From Deltaproteobacteria bacterium (GTDB taxonomy: Bacteria > SAR324 > NAC60-12), in contig JAYOTF010000006.1 of the NCBI GenBank assembly GCA_038150265.1, positions 6,909-70,908 on the forward strand: DNA of 64,000 nucleotides, read 5' to 3'. Positions 1 through 8,587 of this stretch are shown here, one piece after another; the stretch's first letter is position 1, and each line of letters starts with the position of its first letter. Both the position numbers and the translations under genes were made by a program. The notes beneath the pieces are model-generated. The model did no database searches. It saw nothing but the letters and a program-made list of their open reading frames with translations, and was not told the DNA's origin.

Positions 1-823
1 CTTCCGGACTGAGGCCGGACGCTCGGTGGAGCAGACCCTCAATGAGCTGGGTGCGGCCATCAAGGACGCGAACCTCAACATTGACCTGGTCCGCCCTGAT
101 CCTGCTGTAACGGACAACAATGCGCCTCAGGCCATTCGACTCCGACACAAGGAGTACGGCAGCGAGCATACCTTCACCGTGGCCAGCTCCACGGCGGGCG
201 TGCTGTCGCAGCAGGGCAATGTTTCCGACAAGATTGCCAATGGGGTCGACATCGCTGGTGAAATCAACGGTGAAGATTCAACCGGGAAGGGCCAGGTCCT
301 GACCGGAGGCCCAGGTGCCAATGGCATTGAAGGCATCAAGATTCGCTACACCGGAGAAGCGACGGGTAATGTCGGAACCCTGACCTTCTCGCAAAATTCA
401 CTGAATTTCCAGATTGGTGGAAATGCGAACCAAATGACCTCAGTTTCCATGAAGTCGGTTCGCGCCTCACAGCTTGGAAATGCGGTTCAGAATGAGTCCG
501 GGTTCCGCTCCTTGAATGAAGTCAAGGTGCTGACCACCGCTCAGGCTCAGGATGCGATCAAGGTGATCGACCGAGCCATTGACGAGGTGGCCTCCACCCG
601 GGGAGAAATGGGAGCGTTCCAAAAGAACACCCTGGAGAGCAACCTGAACTTCCTGCGCATTGCGCATGAGAATGTTCAGGGTTCGGAGTCGGTCGTTCGT
701 GATGCCGACATGGCCAAGGAAATGGCTGACTTCACCAAGAACCAGATCATGGTTCAGTCCAGCATGGCGATGCTTGCTCAGGCCAACCAAAGCCAGCAGA
801 ACGTACTGCGCCTGCTCGGATAA
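1..823 (+). CDS. fliC: flagellin, copy 1 (5'-truncated by window edge)
   Basis: C-terminal flagellin D0/D1 signature RGEMGAFQKNTLESNL...ESVVRDADMAKEMADFTKNQIMVQSSMAMLAQAN; near-identical to the two downstream copies. Confidence 0.95.
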   Translation, partial: FRTEAGRSVEQTLNELGAAIKDANLNIDLVRPDPAVTDNNAPQAIRLRHKEYGSEHTFTVASSTAGVLSQQGNVSDKIANGVDIAGEINGEDSTGKGQVLTGGPGANGIEGIKIRYTGEATGNVGTLTFSQNSLNFQIGGNANQMTSVSMKSVRASQLGNAVQNESGFRSLNEVKVLTTAQAQDAIKVIDRAIDEVASTRGEMGAFQKNTLESNLNFLRIAHENVQGSESVVRDADMAKEMADFTKNQIMVQSSMAMLAQANQSQQNVLRLLG

Positions 824-834
824 TGATGAGTGAT

Positions 835-856
835 TCGGCCTCCTGAGGGAGGCCGA
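835..856 (+). terminator. GC-rich stem-loop after flagellin 1 (weak terminator or mRNA stabiliser)
   Basis: Perfect 9-bp stem tcggcctcc-tgag-ggaggccga, 11 nt after the stop; only a weak T tract follows. Confidence 0.5.
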
Positions 857-863
857 CCAGTTT

Positions 864-945
864 GCACTTTTGGAGACACGACGCATGGAGGCGAAGTGGA
901 CAAAAGTGCCCCATCGTCCAAACGGCATGGATTCGTGATGGACGA
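864..945 (+). promoter_or_regulatory. putative CsrA/RsmA-binding hairpins in the flagellin 2 leader
   Basis: gcacttttg...cgc-ATGGAG-gcg...caaaagtgc (864-909) and tcgtcca..acg-gcATGGAtt-cgt..tggacga (914-945), each with ANGGA in the apical loop; the SD region contains a further AAGGA. Confidence 0.6.
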
Positions 946-983
946 GCTGATGTCTTGAGAACTACTTTAAGGAAAAGGTCCTA

Positions 984-2438
984 ATGTCTCTGCGGATTAA
1001 CACCAACGTTGCAGCCACCAATACCCATCGTCAGCTGACGAACAACTCGGTCGCTCAACAAAAGTCGATTGAGCGGTTGTCTTCCGGGATGAAGATCAAC
1101 CGTGGCGCCGATGCTCCTGCCCAACTGCAGATTTCCGAGCAACTGCGCGCTCAGGAAGCCGGTCTGCGCCAAGCCATCGACAACTCGGAAATGGGCGTGT
1201 CGCTGATGCAAACCGCAGAAGCGGCCCTGGATGAGGTGAGTCGCTCCCTCATCAATGCCCGCCAACTGGCGGTGCATGCAGCCAACGAAGCCACCAACGA
1301 TCCGGCCATGATGCAGGCCGATCAGCAGGAAATCGACAACATCCTTTCGTCGATCAACCGGATTGCGAAAAACACCCAGTACGGGAAGAACTTCCTGCTG
1401 GATGGCAGCAAAGCTGGAAACGGTGTGGTCGTTGGCGACAACCTGGAATTCATCCAGGGCGGAGAGAAGGCCCAGTCTTCCGGACCCAACGGGTACGCGA
1501 TTACGGTCACCCAAGCAGCACAGCGGAACGAGCATGCCGGCTCCGTGGCCCTGACCCAGGAAATGATTGACCGCGGGGAGCAGATCACGATTACCGAAGG
1601 GGGCCGTGCCCTGAACTTCCGGACTCAGGCCGGACGCTCAGTGGAGCAGACCCTCAATGAACTCGGAGCGGCGATCAAGGATGCCAACCTGAACATTGAC
1701 CTGCTTCGGCCGGACCCTGCGGTCACCGACAACAACGCGCCGCAGGTGATTCGGTTGCGTCACCGGGAGTACGGCAGCGACCACACCTTCACGGTTGCCA
1801 GCTCCACGGCCGGGGTCCTGTCGCAACAGGCCAATGTTTCTGACAAGATCGCCAACGGTGTCGACATCGCCGGTGAAATCAATGGCGAAGCGGCAACCGG
1901 AAAGGGACAGGTTCTGACGGGTGGTCCGGGCGCCAACGGCATTGAGGGCATCCAGGTCCGCTACACCGGTGACACCACCGGACGCGTGGGAACCCTGACC
2001 TTCTCGCAAAACTCCCTGAACTTCCAGATTGGCGGCAACGCGAATCAGATGACCTCCGTCTCCATGAAGTCGGTTCGGGCTTCCCAGCTGGGGAACGCGG
2101 TCATGAACGATTCCGGATTCCGTTCTCTGAATGAGATTCAGGTGCTTTCAACCGCGCAGGCTCAAGACGCGATCAAGGTGATCGACCGCGCCATTGATGA
2201 AGTCTCCTCCACTCGTGGGGACATGGGCGCCTTCCAGAAGAACACCCTGGAAAGCAACCTGAACTACCTCCGGATTGCCCATGAGAACGTCCAGGGCTCG
2301 GAGTCGGTGGTCCGTGATGCCGACATGGCCAAGGAGATGGCGGACTTCACCAAGAACCAGATCATGGTTCAGTCCAGCATGGCGATGCTGGCACAAGCCA
2401 ACCAAAGTCAGCAGAACGTGCTGCGCTTGCTCGGGTAA
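984..2438 (+). CDS. fliC: flagellin, copy 2
   Basis: N-terminus MSLRINTNVAA...IERLSSGMKINRGADAPA plus C-terminal flagellin motif; SD aaggaaaagg upstream. Confidence 0.97.
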   Translation: MSLRINTNVAATNTHRQLTNNSVAQQKSIERLSSGMKINRGADAPAQLQISEQLRAQEAGLRQAIDNSEMGVSLMQTAEAALDEVSRSLINARQLAVHAANEATNDPAMMQADQQEIDNILSSINRIAKNTQYGKNFLLDGSKAGNGVVVGDNLEFIQGGEKAQSSGPNGYAITVTQAAQRNEHAGSVALTQEMIDRGEQITITEGGRALNFRTQAGRSVEQTLNELGAAIKDANLNIDLLRPDPAVTDNNAPQVIRLRHREYGSDHTFTVASSTAGVLSQQANVSDKIANGVDIAGEINGEAATGKGQVLTGGPGANGIEGIQVRYTGDTTGRVGTLTFSQNSLNFQIGGNANQMTSVSMKSVRASQLGNAVMNDSGFRSLNEIQVLSTAQAQDAIKVIDRAIDEVSSTRGDMGAFQKNTLESNLNYLRIAHENVQGSESVVRDADMAKEMADFTKNQIMVQSSMAMLAQANQSQQNVLRLLG

Positions 2439-2511
2439 GCGAGCTGGGGGGAGTTGCCCCCTGCTGGGCTCGCCTCTTTCGCGTGATGTGCAAGAGGCGG
2501 GTTCCCCCGAT

Positions 2512-2525
2512 GCGCATGGAAGCGC
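2512..2525 (+). promoter_or_regulatory. putative CsrA-binding hairpin in the flagellin 3 leader
   Basis: gcgc-ATGGAA-gcgc, the same cgcATGGARgcg motif as at 882-893, about 25 nt before the SD aaggag. Confidence 0.6.
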
Positions 2526-2561
2526 CCGATCCTTTCTACTTTCCCGCATGAAGGAGCAGAT

Positions 2562-4019
2562 ATGTCTTCTCTTCGTATCAACAACAACGTCGCCGCTGCC
2601 AATGCTCATCGTCAGTTGACCAATAACGCTACGGCACAGCAAAAATCCATTGAGCGGTTGTCTTCCGGAATGAAGATCAACCGAGGCGCAGATGCGCCTG
2701 CTCAGTTGCAGATCTCGGAGCAGTTGCGTGCTCAAGCAGCTGGGTTGCGTCAGGCCATTGACAACACCGAAATGGGCGTGTCGCTGATGCAAACCGCAGA
2801 AGCCGCCCTTGACGAAGTCAGCCGGGCCCTGATCAATGCGCGCCAACTCGCTGTTCACGCCGCGAACGAAGCGACCAATGATCCGGCGATGCAGCAAGCC
2901 GATCAGCAGGAGATCGACAACATCCTTTCGACGGTCAACCGGATTGCCAAAAACACTCAGTATGGGAAGAACTACCTACTGGACGGCAGCAAGGCCGGGA
3001 ATGGTGTGGTGGTGGGAGACAACCTGGAGTTCATTACGGGTGGGGCCAAGGCCCATTCTTCCGGACCCAACGGCTACAGCATTGATGTGCAGCAAGCGGC
3101 AACGCGGGCTGAGCATGTTGGCTCCGTGGCCCTGACCCAGGACATCATTGACCGTGGGGAGCAGATCACCATTACGGAAGGCGGCCGCGCCCTGAACTTC
3201 CGGACCAAAGCCGGACGTTCGGTGGAGCAAACCCTCAACGAGCTGGGGGCGGCGATCAAGGATGCCAACCTGAACATCGATTTGATCCGACCGGATCCCG
3301 GAAGCACCGACAACAACGCGCCGCAGGTGATTCGCTTGCGTCACCGAGAGTACGGCAGCGAGTACTCCTTCAATGTGGCCAGCTCCACGGCCGGAGTGCT
3401 TTCTCAACAGGCCAACGTCTCTGATGAGGTGGCCAATGGGGCAGACATCGCGGGAGAAATCAACGGCGAGGCGGCAACCGGGAAGGGGCAGGTCCTCACC
3501 GGAGGCCCAGGCGCCAACGGCATTGAAGGCATCAAGGTTCGCTACACGGGTGAAAGCACCGGCCGTGTGGGAACCCTGACCTTTGCTCAGAACTCCCTGA
3601 ACTTCCAGATTGGAGGGAACGCCAACCAGATGACTTCGGTTTCCATGAAGTCGGTCCGGGCCTCTCAGCTGGGGAATGCGGTTCAGAATGAGTCGGGGTT
3701 CAATTCTCTCAATGAGATCAAGGTCCTGACGGCTGCTCAGGCTCAGGATGCGATCAAGGTCATTGACCGAGCGATTGACGAGGTTTCGTCAACACGAGGG
3801 GAAATGGGCGCCTTCCAGAAGAACACCCTGGAAAGCAACCTCAACTACCTCCGGATTGCTCATGAGAACGTCCAGAGTTCGGAGTCGGTGGTCCGTGATG
3901 CCGACATGGCGCAAGAGATGGCCGACTTCACTCGGAACCAGATCATGGTGGAGTCGAGCATGGCGATGCTGGCTCAGGCCAATCAGAGTCAGCAGAGCAT
4001 CCTGCGCTTGCTGAACTGA
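2562..4019 (+). CDS. fliC: flagellin, copy 3
   Basis: LRINNNVAA...IERLSSGMKINRGADAPA; C-terminal RDADMAQEMADFTRNQIMVESSMAMLAQAN; SD aaggag. Confidence 0.97.
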   Translation: MSSLRINNNVAAANAHRQLTNNATAQQKSIERLSSGMKINRGADAPAQLQISEQLRAQAAGLRQAIDNTEMGVSLMQTAEAALDEVSRALINARQLAVHAANEATNDPAMQQADQQEIDNILSTVNRIAKNTQYGKNYLLDGSKAGNGVVVGDNLEFITGGAKAHSSGPNGYSIDVQQAATRAEHVGSVALTQDIIDRGEQITITEGGRALNFRTKAGRSVEQTLNELGAAIKDANLNIDLIRPDPGSTDNNAPQVIRLRHREYGSEYSFNVASSTAGVLSQQANVSDEVANGADIAGEINGEAATGKGQVLTGGPGANGIEGIKVRYTGESTGRVGTLTFAQNSLNFQIGGNANQMTSVSMKSVRASQLGNAVQNESGFNSLNEIKVLTAAQAQDAIKVIDRAIDEVSSTRGEMGAFQKNTLESNLNYLRIAHENVQSSESVVRDADMAQEMADFTRNQIMVESSMAMLAQANQSQQSILRLLN

Positions 4020-4045
4020 CGCATCAGTCGAGACGCGTGCGGCGG

Positions 4046-7000
4046 TTACTGCCGTCGTGCGTCGTTTCGGTAGTAATACAAGCTCCCGTCTTCCCCACCA
4101 ATCACCACGTCCATGTCGTTGTCATCATTGAAATCGACAAAGGTCGCGGCACCGCCCAGCGGAAGTTCCAGATCCGCAAAATAATTCGGACCCTCCTTCC
4201 ACATGCCTTCTTCGGTTTGTCCCGGAACCTGCTCATAAACCCGGAACGTGCCCATGTCCGAGCCAACGATCATTTCCGGAATCTTGTCGTTGTTCAAATC
4301 GGCAAACTGTGGAGCCGACCCCAGCCCCACATCAAGGCCCATGAACTGGCGACGCAGCAAGCGGAACCGATAATTTTCATCGTTTTCCCGGATCTGCTGA
4401 TACTGCCGCAGCTGCCCAAACAGATTGCCGAGGAGGAGGTCGGGCAGCTGGTCGCCATTGAGGTCAAACGCGGTGGGCATGGAGTTCTGTCCAGAGGTCA
4501 CCCCCAGGACACTGGTCGGGTTGGGAGAGAAGTCCGGAAAGGAATCCGAGCCCTTGTTTTCCCAGTAGGTCAGGCTGCCGCGCTCGTTGCCAACGAGCAG
4601 GTCCTTGTCGCCATCGCCATCCACATCAACGAAGGTCGGAGAGGCATTCCGCCCGCCCTTGTAGTCCAGAAATTCCGTGTTGGTCAGCCGCCAGGTCGCG
4701 GTTTCGGGGTCTCCCCCCTCATTGGTGTACATGATCAGCTGTCCTGCCTGGTTGCCGATGAGCAGATCGAGGTCGAGGTCTCCATCGAGGTCCAGAAACG
4801 CCGGCACAACCTTTCGACCCGCCTGAACGTTCCCGAACTGCTTGGAAACCAGCACGTAACGGGGCTCGACAATGGTGTCCGTGACAAACTCTTCAGCGTC
4901 ATTGAAGAAGGGGACTTCCTCGGAGTCCGGAAGGATCGGGTTGTCTTTGGAGTCAATCGAGTTCGAGGTCAGCACGGGTTCTGGAGCCGGAGGCTCAACC
5001 GTCTGGCGCCCCTGATTGAACCAGAGCAGCAGGTTTCCTTCTTCATCGCCCATCAACAGGTCGGTCTGGTCGTCTCCATTGAGTTCGGCAAAGTTCGGAG
5101 AGCTGTACCCGACGGAGCGCAGCCCTTCCCAGATTTCCTGCTCCAGGCGCCACCCGTAGGTGGGAGGCGCATCCGGACGCGGAGTGAACGAATTGACCCG
5201 CAGGGTGCCATCGCGCTCTCCGGTGACCAGGTCCGGATTCTCATCGTCATTCCAGAAGAAGATGCTGGGCGACGCATTCCCCGGCATGGTGATGCCTGCA
5301 AAGCGGGTACTCCGGAGGAAAAACTTGGGAGACTGAGCGGTGCCCTGGTTTTCATAGAAGATCACGAGGCCGCGTCCGTTTCCAACGAGCAGGTCCGGAT
5401 CACCGTCCTTGTCGAGGTCAATCAGCAGCGGGCGGCTGTCATTTCCGACGTCAATTTGGGAGAGGCGCACATCTGCCGTGACCCAGTTCGGGGTCTGACC
5501 GTCGCCGTCGTTGCGGAGGAGCTCAATCTGTCCGTCGGCTTTTCCGATGATGATGTCGAGGTCTCCATCGCCATCAATGTCATAGAGGAAAGGAGCGCTG
5601 TTTTGCCGCTGGTTGGGGGCAAACGCAGGGAAATCAAGCGAAACCCAGTTGGGTTGCTCCTTGCTGCCCTGGTTTTCGTAAGCGTAAATGCGTCCGGATT
5701 TTCCACCCACCACGAGGTCCACGAGGCCGTCTCCATTCCAGTCACCCGTGGTCACCGTTGAGCGAAGCTCATTTTCGGCCAAAGCCCCAATGTTGAGGAA
5801 GTTCCGGGTGTTGAGCCACATGCGGTTCCGGGTGATGATCTCAGGCGGAGTGGCGTCGGTCGCATTGTCTGCCGGAGGAGCCGTTCCTGCGCCCGGAGCC
5901 GTATTGACGTTTGCCTGCAGGGGCGTTCGCATGGCCGCGACGTTTGCCGGAGGTTGAGGAGCATTGGGACGCGTCATGGCAGGGACTCTGGCCGTGGCAG
6001 ACATGCCGGGCGCCTGCTGGCCCGTATCCGGAGCCTGCACCTGAAGCGCCGTTGAGTTGAGGCTGGCATCCGGACTCAGCAGGCTCGCCTCCAGGTCGCC
6101 CAGCGTCTTGACCGTGTCGGGAAGTCCAAACGCGGCATTCATGGTGACCACGCACTCAGGCTCTGCCCGCAACAGCGCACAGGCTTCTGCGAGGACCGCC
6201 TTCACGGGTGCCTGGAAGTTGATCTGGGTCAGGTCCAGTTGCGCGAGCTTCGACAGTCCGGTCCTGAGCAGCTCGCGGTTGTCGTACTGAATGACCAGGG
6301 AGGTGGCGGTTCCCAGCACCAACTCCGGGAAGCCGTCTCGGTTGAGGTCGTGGAAGTTCGGCGCCGAGAAGCCTCCGGAGTCAATGAAAAGGAAGTGTCC
6401 GGATTCCATGACCCACTTGGGCGAGAAGCGGGTGCCCTGGTTGTGGTAGAAGCTGAGCTTGCCGTTCGACTTTCCGGCAACAATGTCGAGCAGTCCATCC
6501 TGGTCCCAGTCCACCAGGGTGGGAGTGGCATCCATGTGCGGGGCCACGCTTCCGAGCTCCAGAGGCTGAAACTTGCAGCGAGGATCCGGAGGCAGGCCCG
6601 CGGGAAAGGCGGGGCAGAAGAGCGGACGGGTGGAGAGTCCGGAGTTGAAGAAGAGGGTCAGCTTGCCCTCGCGGGTTCCCACCAGCATGTCCACCAGGCG
6701 GTCTCCATTGAGGTCGGCAAACCGAGGAACGACGTTGCCATCGAACTTCAGGTTCATGAAGACCGGAGACTCGAGGAAGTAGCGGGCCAGCAGGCGGTTG
6801 CCCCGGTTTTCGTAGTAGAAGATGCTTCCGTCTCCGGACCCGATGAAGAGGTCGAGGTCGCCGTCACTGTCGATGTCGTAGAATTCGGGGGAGGCGTTGC
6901 TGCCGACGTTGATGATGTCCTGAAGCTGCAGCAGCTCCTGATTGCCGGTCAGCTCTTCGTGGTAGGCCTGGTAATCTTCTGTGACGAGTCGAAAGATGGG

Positions 7001-7267
7001 GGCGGTACGGGTGCCGTCGTTCCGGAAGAAGGCGATGCGTCCGTCGGCTTTTCCGACAAACAGGTCTTCTTCACCGTCGCCGTTGGTATCGGCAAAACTC
7101 AGCTGGCTACGGGCGAAGGACCGGGTGTAGAGCAACTGCTCCTGGCCGTTGAGCTGGCCGTAGTAGTGACGGGACCAGATGAAATCCCCGAGCGGAGTCT
7201 TGGGATCTTGGGCTCCTCCCAAAGCAGGAAGGGCGAGCAGTAGAACAAACGAGAGCAGGAAGCGCAT
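4046..7267 (-). CDS. large secreted FG-GAP/VCBS-like repeat (beta-propeller) protein
   Basis: Signal peptide MRFLLSFVLLLALPALGGA (ATG at 7267); 15 repeats of P-x-F-x-D-x-(D/N)-x-D-G-x-x-D-L-x-x-G...Y-x-N-x-G; Pro/Ala-rich and acidic linkers. Confidence 0.85.
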   Translation of the reverse strand: MRFLLSFVLLLALPALGGAQDPKTPLGDFIWSRHYYGQLNGQEQLLYTRSFARSQLSFADTNGDGEEDLFVGKADGRIAFFRNDGTRTAPIFRLVTEDYQAYHEELTGNQELLQLQDIINVGSNASPEFYDIDSDGDLDLFIGSGDGSIFYYENRGNRLLARYFLESPVFMNLKFDGNVVPRFADLNGDRLVDMLVGTREGKLTLFFNSGLSTRPLFCPAFPAGLPPDPRCKFQPLELGSVAPHMDATPTLVDWDQDGLLDIVAGKSNGKLSFYHNQGTRFSPKWVMESGHFLFIDSGGFSAPNFHDLNRDGFPELVLGTATSLVIQYDNRELLRTGLSKLAQLDLTQINFQAPVKAVLAEACALLRAEPECVVTMNAAFGLPDTVKTLGDLEASLLSPDASLNSTALQVQAPDTGQQAPGMSATARVPAMTRPNAPQPPANVAAMRTPLQANVNTAPGAGTAPPADNATDATPPEIITRNRMWLNTRNFLNIGALAENELRSTVTTGDWNGDGLVDLVVGGKSGRIYAYENQGSKEQPNWVSLDFPAFAPNQRQNSAPFLYDIDGDGDLDIIIGKADGQIELLRNDGDGQTPNWVTADVRLSQIDVGNDSRPLLIDLDKDGDPDLLVGNGRGLVIFYENQGTAQSPKFFLRSTRFAGITMPGNASPSIFFWNDDENPDLVTGERDGTLRVNSFTPRPDAPPTYGWRLEQEIWEGLRSVGYSSPNFAELNGDDQTDLLMGDEEGNLLLWFNQGRQTVEPPAPEPVLTSNSIDSKDNPILPDSEEVPFFNDAEEFVTDTIVEPRYVLVSKQFGNVQAGRKVVPAFLDLDGDLDLDLLIGNQAGQLIMYTNEGGDPETATWRLTNTEFLDYKGGRNASPTFVDVDGDGDKDLLVGNERGSLTYWENKGSDSFPDFSPNPTSVLGVTSGQNSMPTAFDLNGDQLPDLLLGNLFGQLRQYQQIRENDENYRFRLLRRQFMGLDVGLGSAPQFADLNNDKIPEMIVGSDMGTFRVYEQVPGQTEEGMWKEGPNYFADLELPLGGAATFVDFNDDNDMDVVIGGEDGSLYYYRNDARRQ

Positions 7268-7345
7268 GGAATTCGGCGGCCAGGGTGCAGTTACAGACCT
7301 CCTTAGATTTGCAAAAGCCACACCTTGACCGGAAATCCGGGGGGC

Positions 7346-8587
7346 TTAGGGGCAAGAGAGGCTGCCGCTGTAGGCCTTCCCGTGCAGAACGGCAACCCCT
7401 TCGCGTTGCGGAAGGGCGACCAGGAGGTCCAGCTTGGCATCCGCGTTTTGGTCGGCAATCAGGAGGCGCGCAGGTGGAGAGCCTGCCGGAGCCTGAGAAG
7501 CGGCAAAAGATTCCGCTGTGCCATAAGCGTCGGTGCCTCGGGTGCCGGCTGCAGAGGCATTGCTGAGCACGAGCGACAGGTCTCCGGTGAGGTAGGAGTT
7601 GGACGTAGTGCTGACAGAAAAACGCTGAGCCACCACAAAGTCCAGCACCTGATCATGGTCCAGGTCCGCTGCCGCGAGCGAGCTGGGACCGCGTCCGGTC
7701 GGAACGGTGGTGGCCGTGAAGCTCAGGGCGCCGTCGTTGTAGAAGAGGCTCAGGGTGTCATCGCTGCTGTTGCTGACGGCCAGATCCGGCAGGCCATCGC
7801 AGTCCCAGTCACCGGCCAACAGCGAGTGAGGCGCCGTTCCGGTGCTGAGGGTGCTGCTGTGCTGGGTGAAGGTTCCGTTGTCATTGAGCCACAGTTCAAC
7901 CGCGGCGTCTGTCCGGGACAAAACCGCCAGGTCGGTGACGTTGTCGGTGTTCCAGTCTCCGGTGGCAAGGCCGATTGGCGTGCTGGCCGTTGTCAAGGTG
8001 TCTTGCACGGTGAAGGTGCCGGTTTGGTTGTCGAGCAAGGAAACGCTGGATCCGTCTCGGTTGGCAACGGCGAGGTAGCGGGTGTGGCCTTCCACCCAGG
8101 TGACGAGGTGGGTGGGGACGTCTCCCACTGACAGCGTCAGGTTGTCGGTGAAGGTTCCGGAGCCGTCATTGAGGAGCAACTGAAGCTGATCGTTTGCCGC
8201 ATCACTGACCACGAGGTCGAGGGCGCCGTCTCCATTGGCATCCAGGGCCACGGCGTCCTGACGCCACTGGGCCGTGTCCGGAACCTGCAGGGTGGCAGCC
8301 GGGAAGCTGCTGCCTTCTGCATCTGGGAAGAGCGCAAGGGTTCCGTCAGCTTCTGAAAGAACGTCCCCGGTTTTTCGAGGGTTGAGGGCAAGGAGGTCTG
8401 CCTGAGTGTTGGCGGTAAAGTTGTCCCACAGCAACTGAGTGGGGCTGCCCCCCGCGCTTTGCTCAACGGGCGCCTCAAACGTGACGCCCATCGTGAGCGA
8501 GGCGCCTTCATCGGTTTGGTCGGGGTACTCGGAGGAGGCACAGGCGCTCAGCAACAGCAGGCTCAGCAGGAGTCCGGTTAATCGCAT
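7346..8587 (-). CDS. FG-GAP repeat lipoprotein (about 7 blades)
   Basis: Lipobox LLLSA-C; repeats DANGDGALDLVV, GDWNTDNVTDLAV, GDWDCDGLPDLAV, ADLDHDQVLDFVV, ADQNADAKLDLLV. Confidence 0.85.
   Translation of the reverse strand: MRLTGLLLSLLLLSACASSEYPDQTDEGASLTMGVTFEAPVEQSAGGSPTQLLWDNFTANTQADLLALNPRKTGDVLSEADGTLALFPDAEGSSFPAATLQVPDTAQWRQDAVALDANGDGALDLVVSDAANDQLQLLLNDGSGTFTDNLTLSVGDVPTHLVTWVEGHTRYLAVANRDGSSVSLLDNQTGTFTVQDTLTTASTPIGLATGDWNTDNVTDLAVLSRTDAAVELWLNDNGTFTQHSSTLSTGTAPHSLLAGDWDCDGLPDLAVSNSSDDTLSLFYNDGALSFTATTVPTGRGPSSLAAADLDHDQVLDFVVAQRFSVSTTSNSYLTGDLSLVLSNASAAGTRGTDAYGTAESFAASQAPAGSPPARLLIADQNADAKLDLLVALPQREGVAVLHGKAYSGSLSCP

Noticed and set aside
2439..2561. Possible sigma28 or sigma54 promoter before flagellin 3 (cccgat elements)
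   Set aside because: No TAAA-like -35 at the correct spacing and no GG-N10-GC with TGGCAC/TTGC context
4037..5761. Long antisense ORFs (also 23039-24418, 29659-31317, 47354-49027, 55415-56851, 61484-62812)
   Set aside because: They are shadows of well-supported genes on the opposite strand, expected in GC-rich DNA, with no motifs of their own
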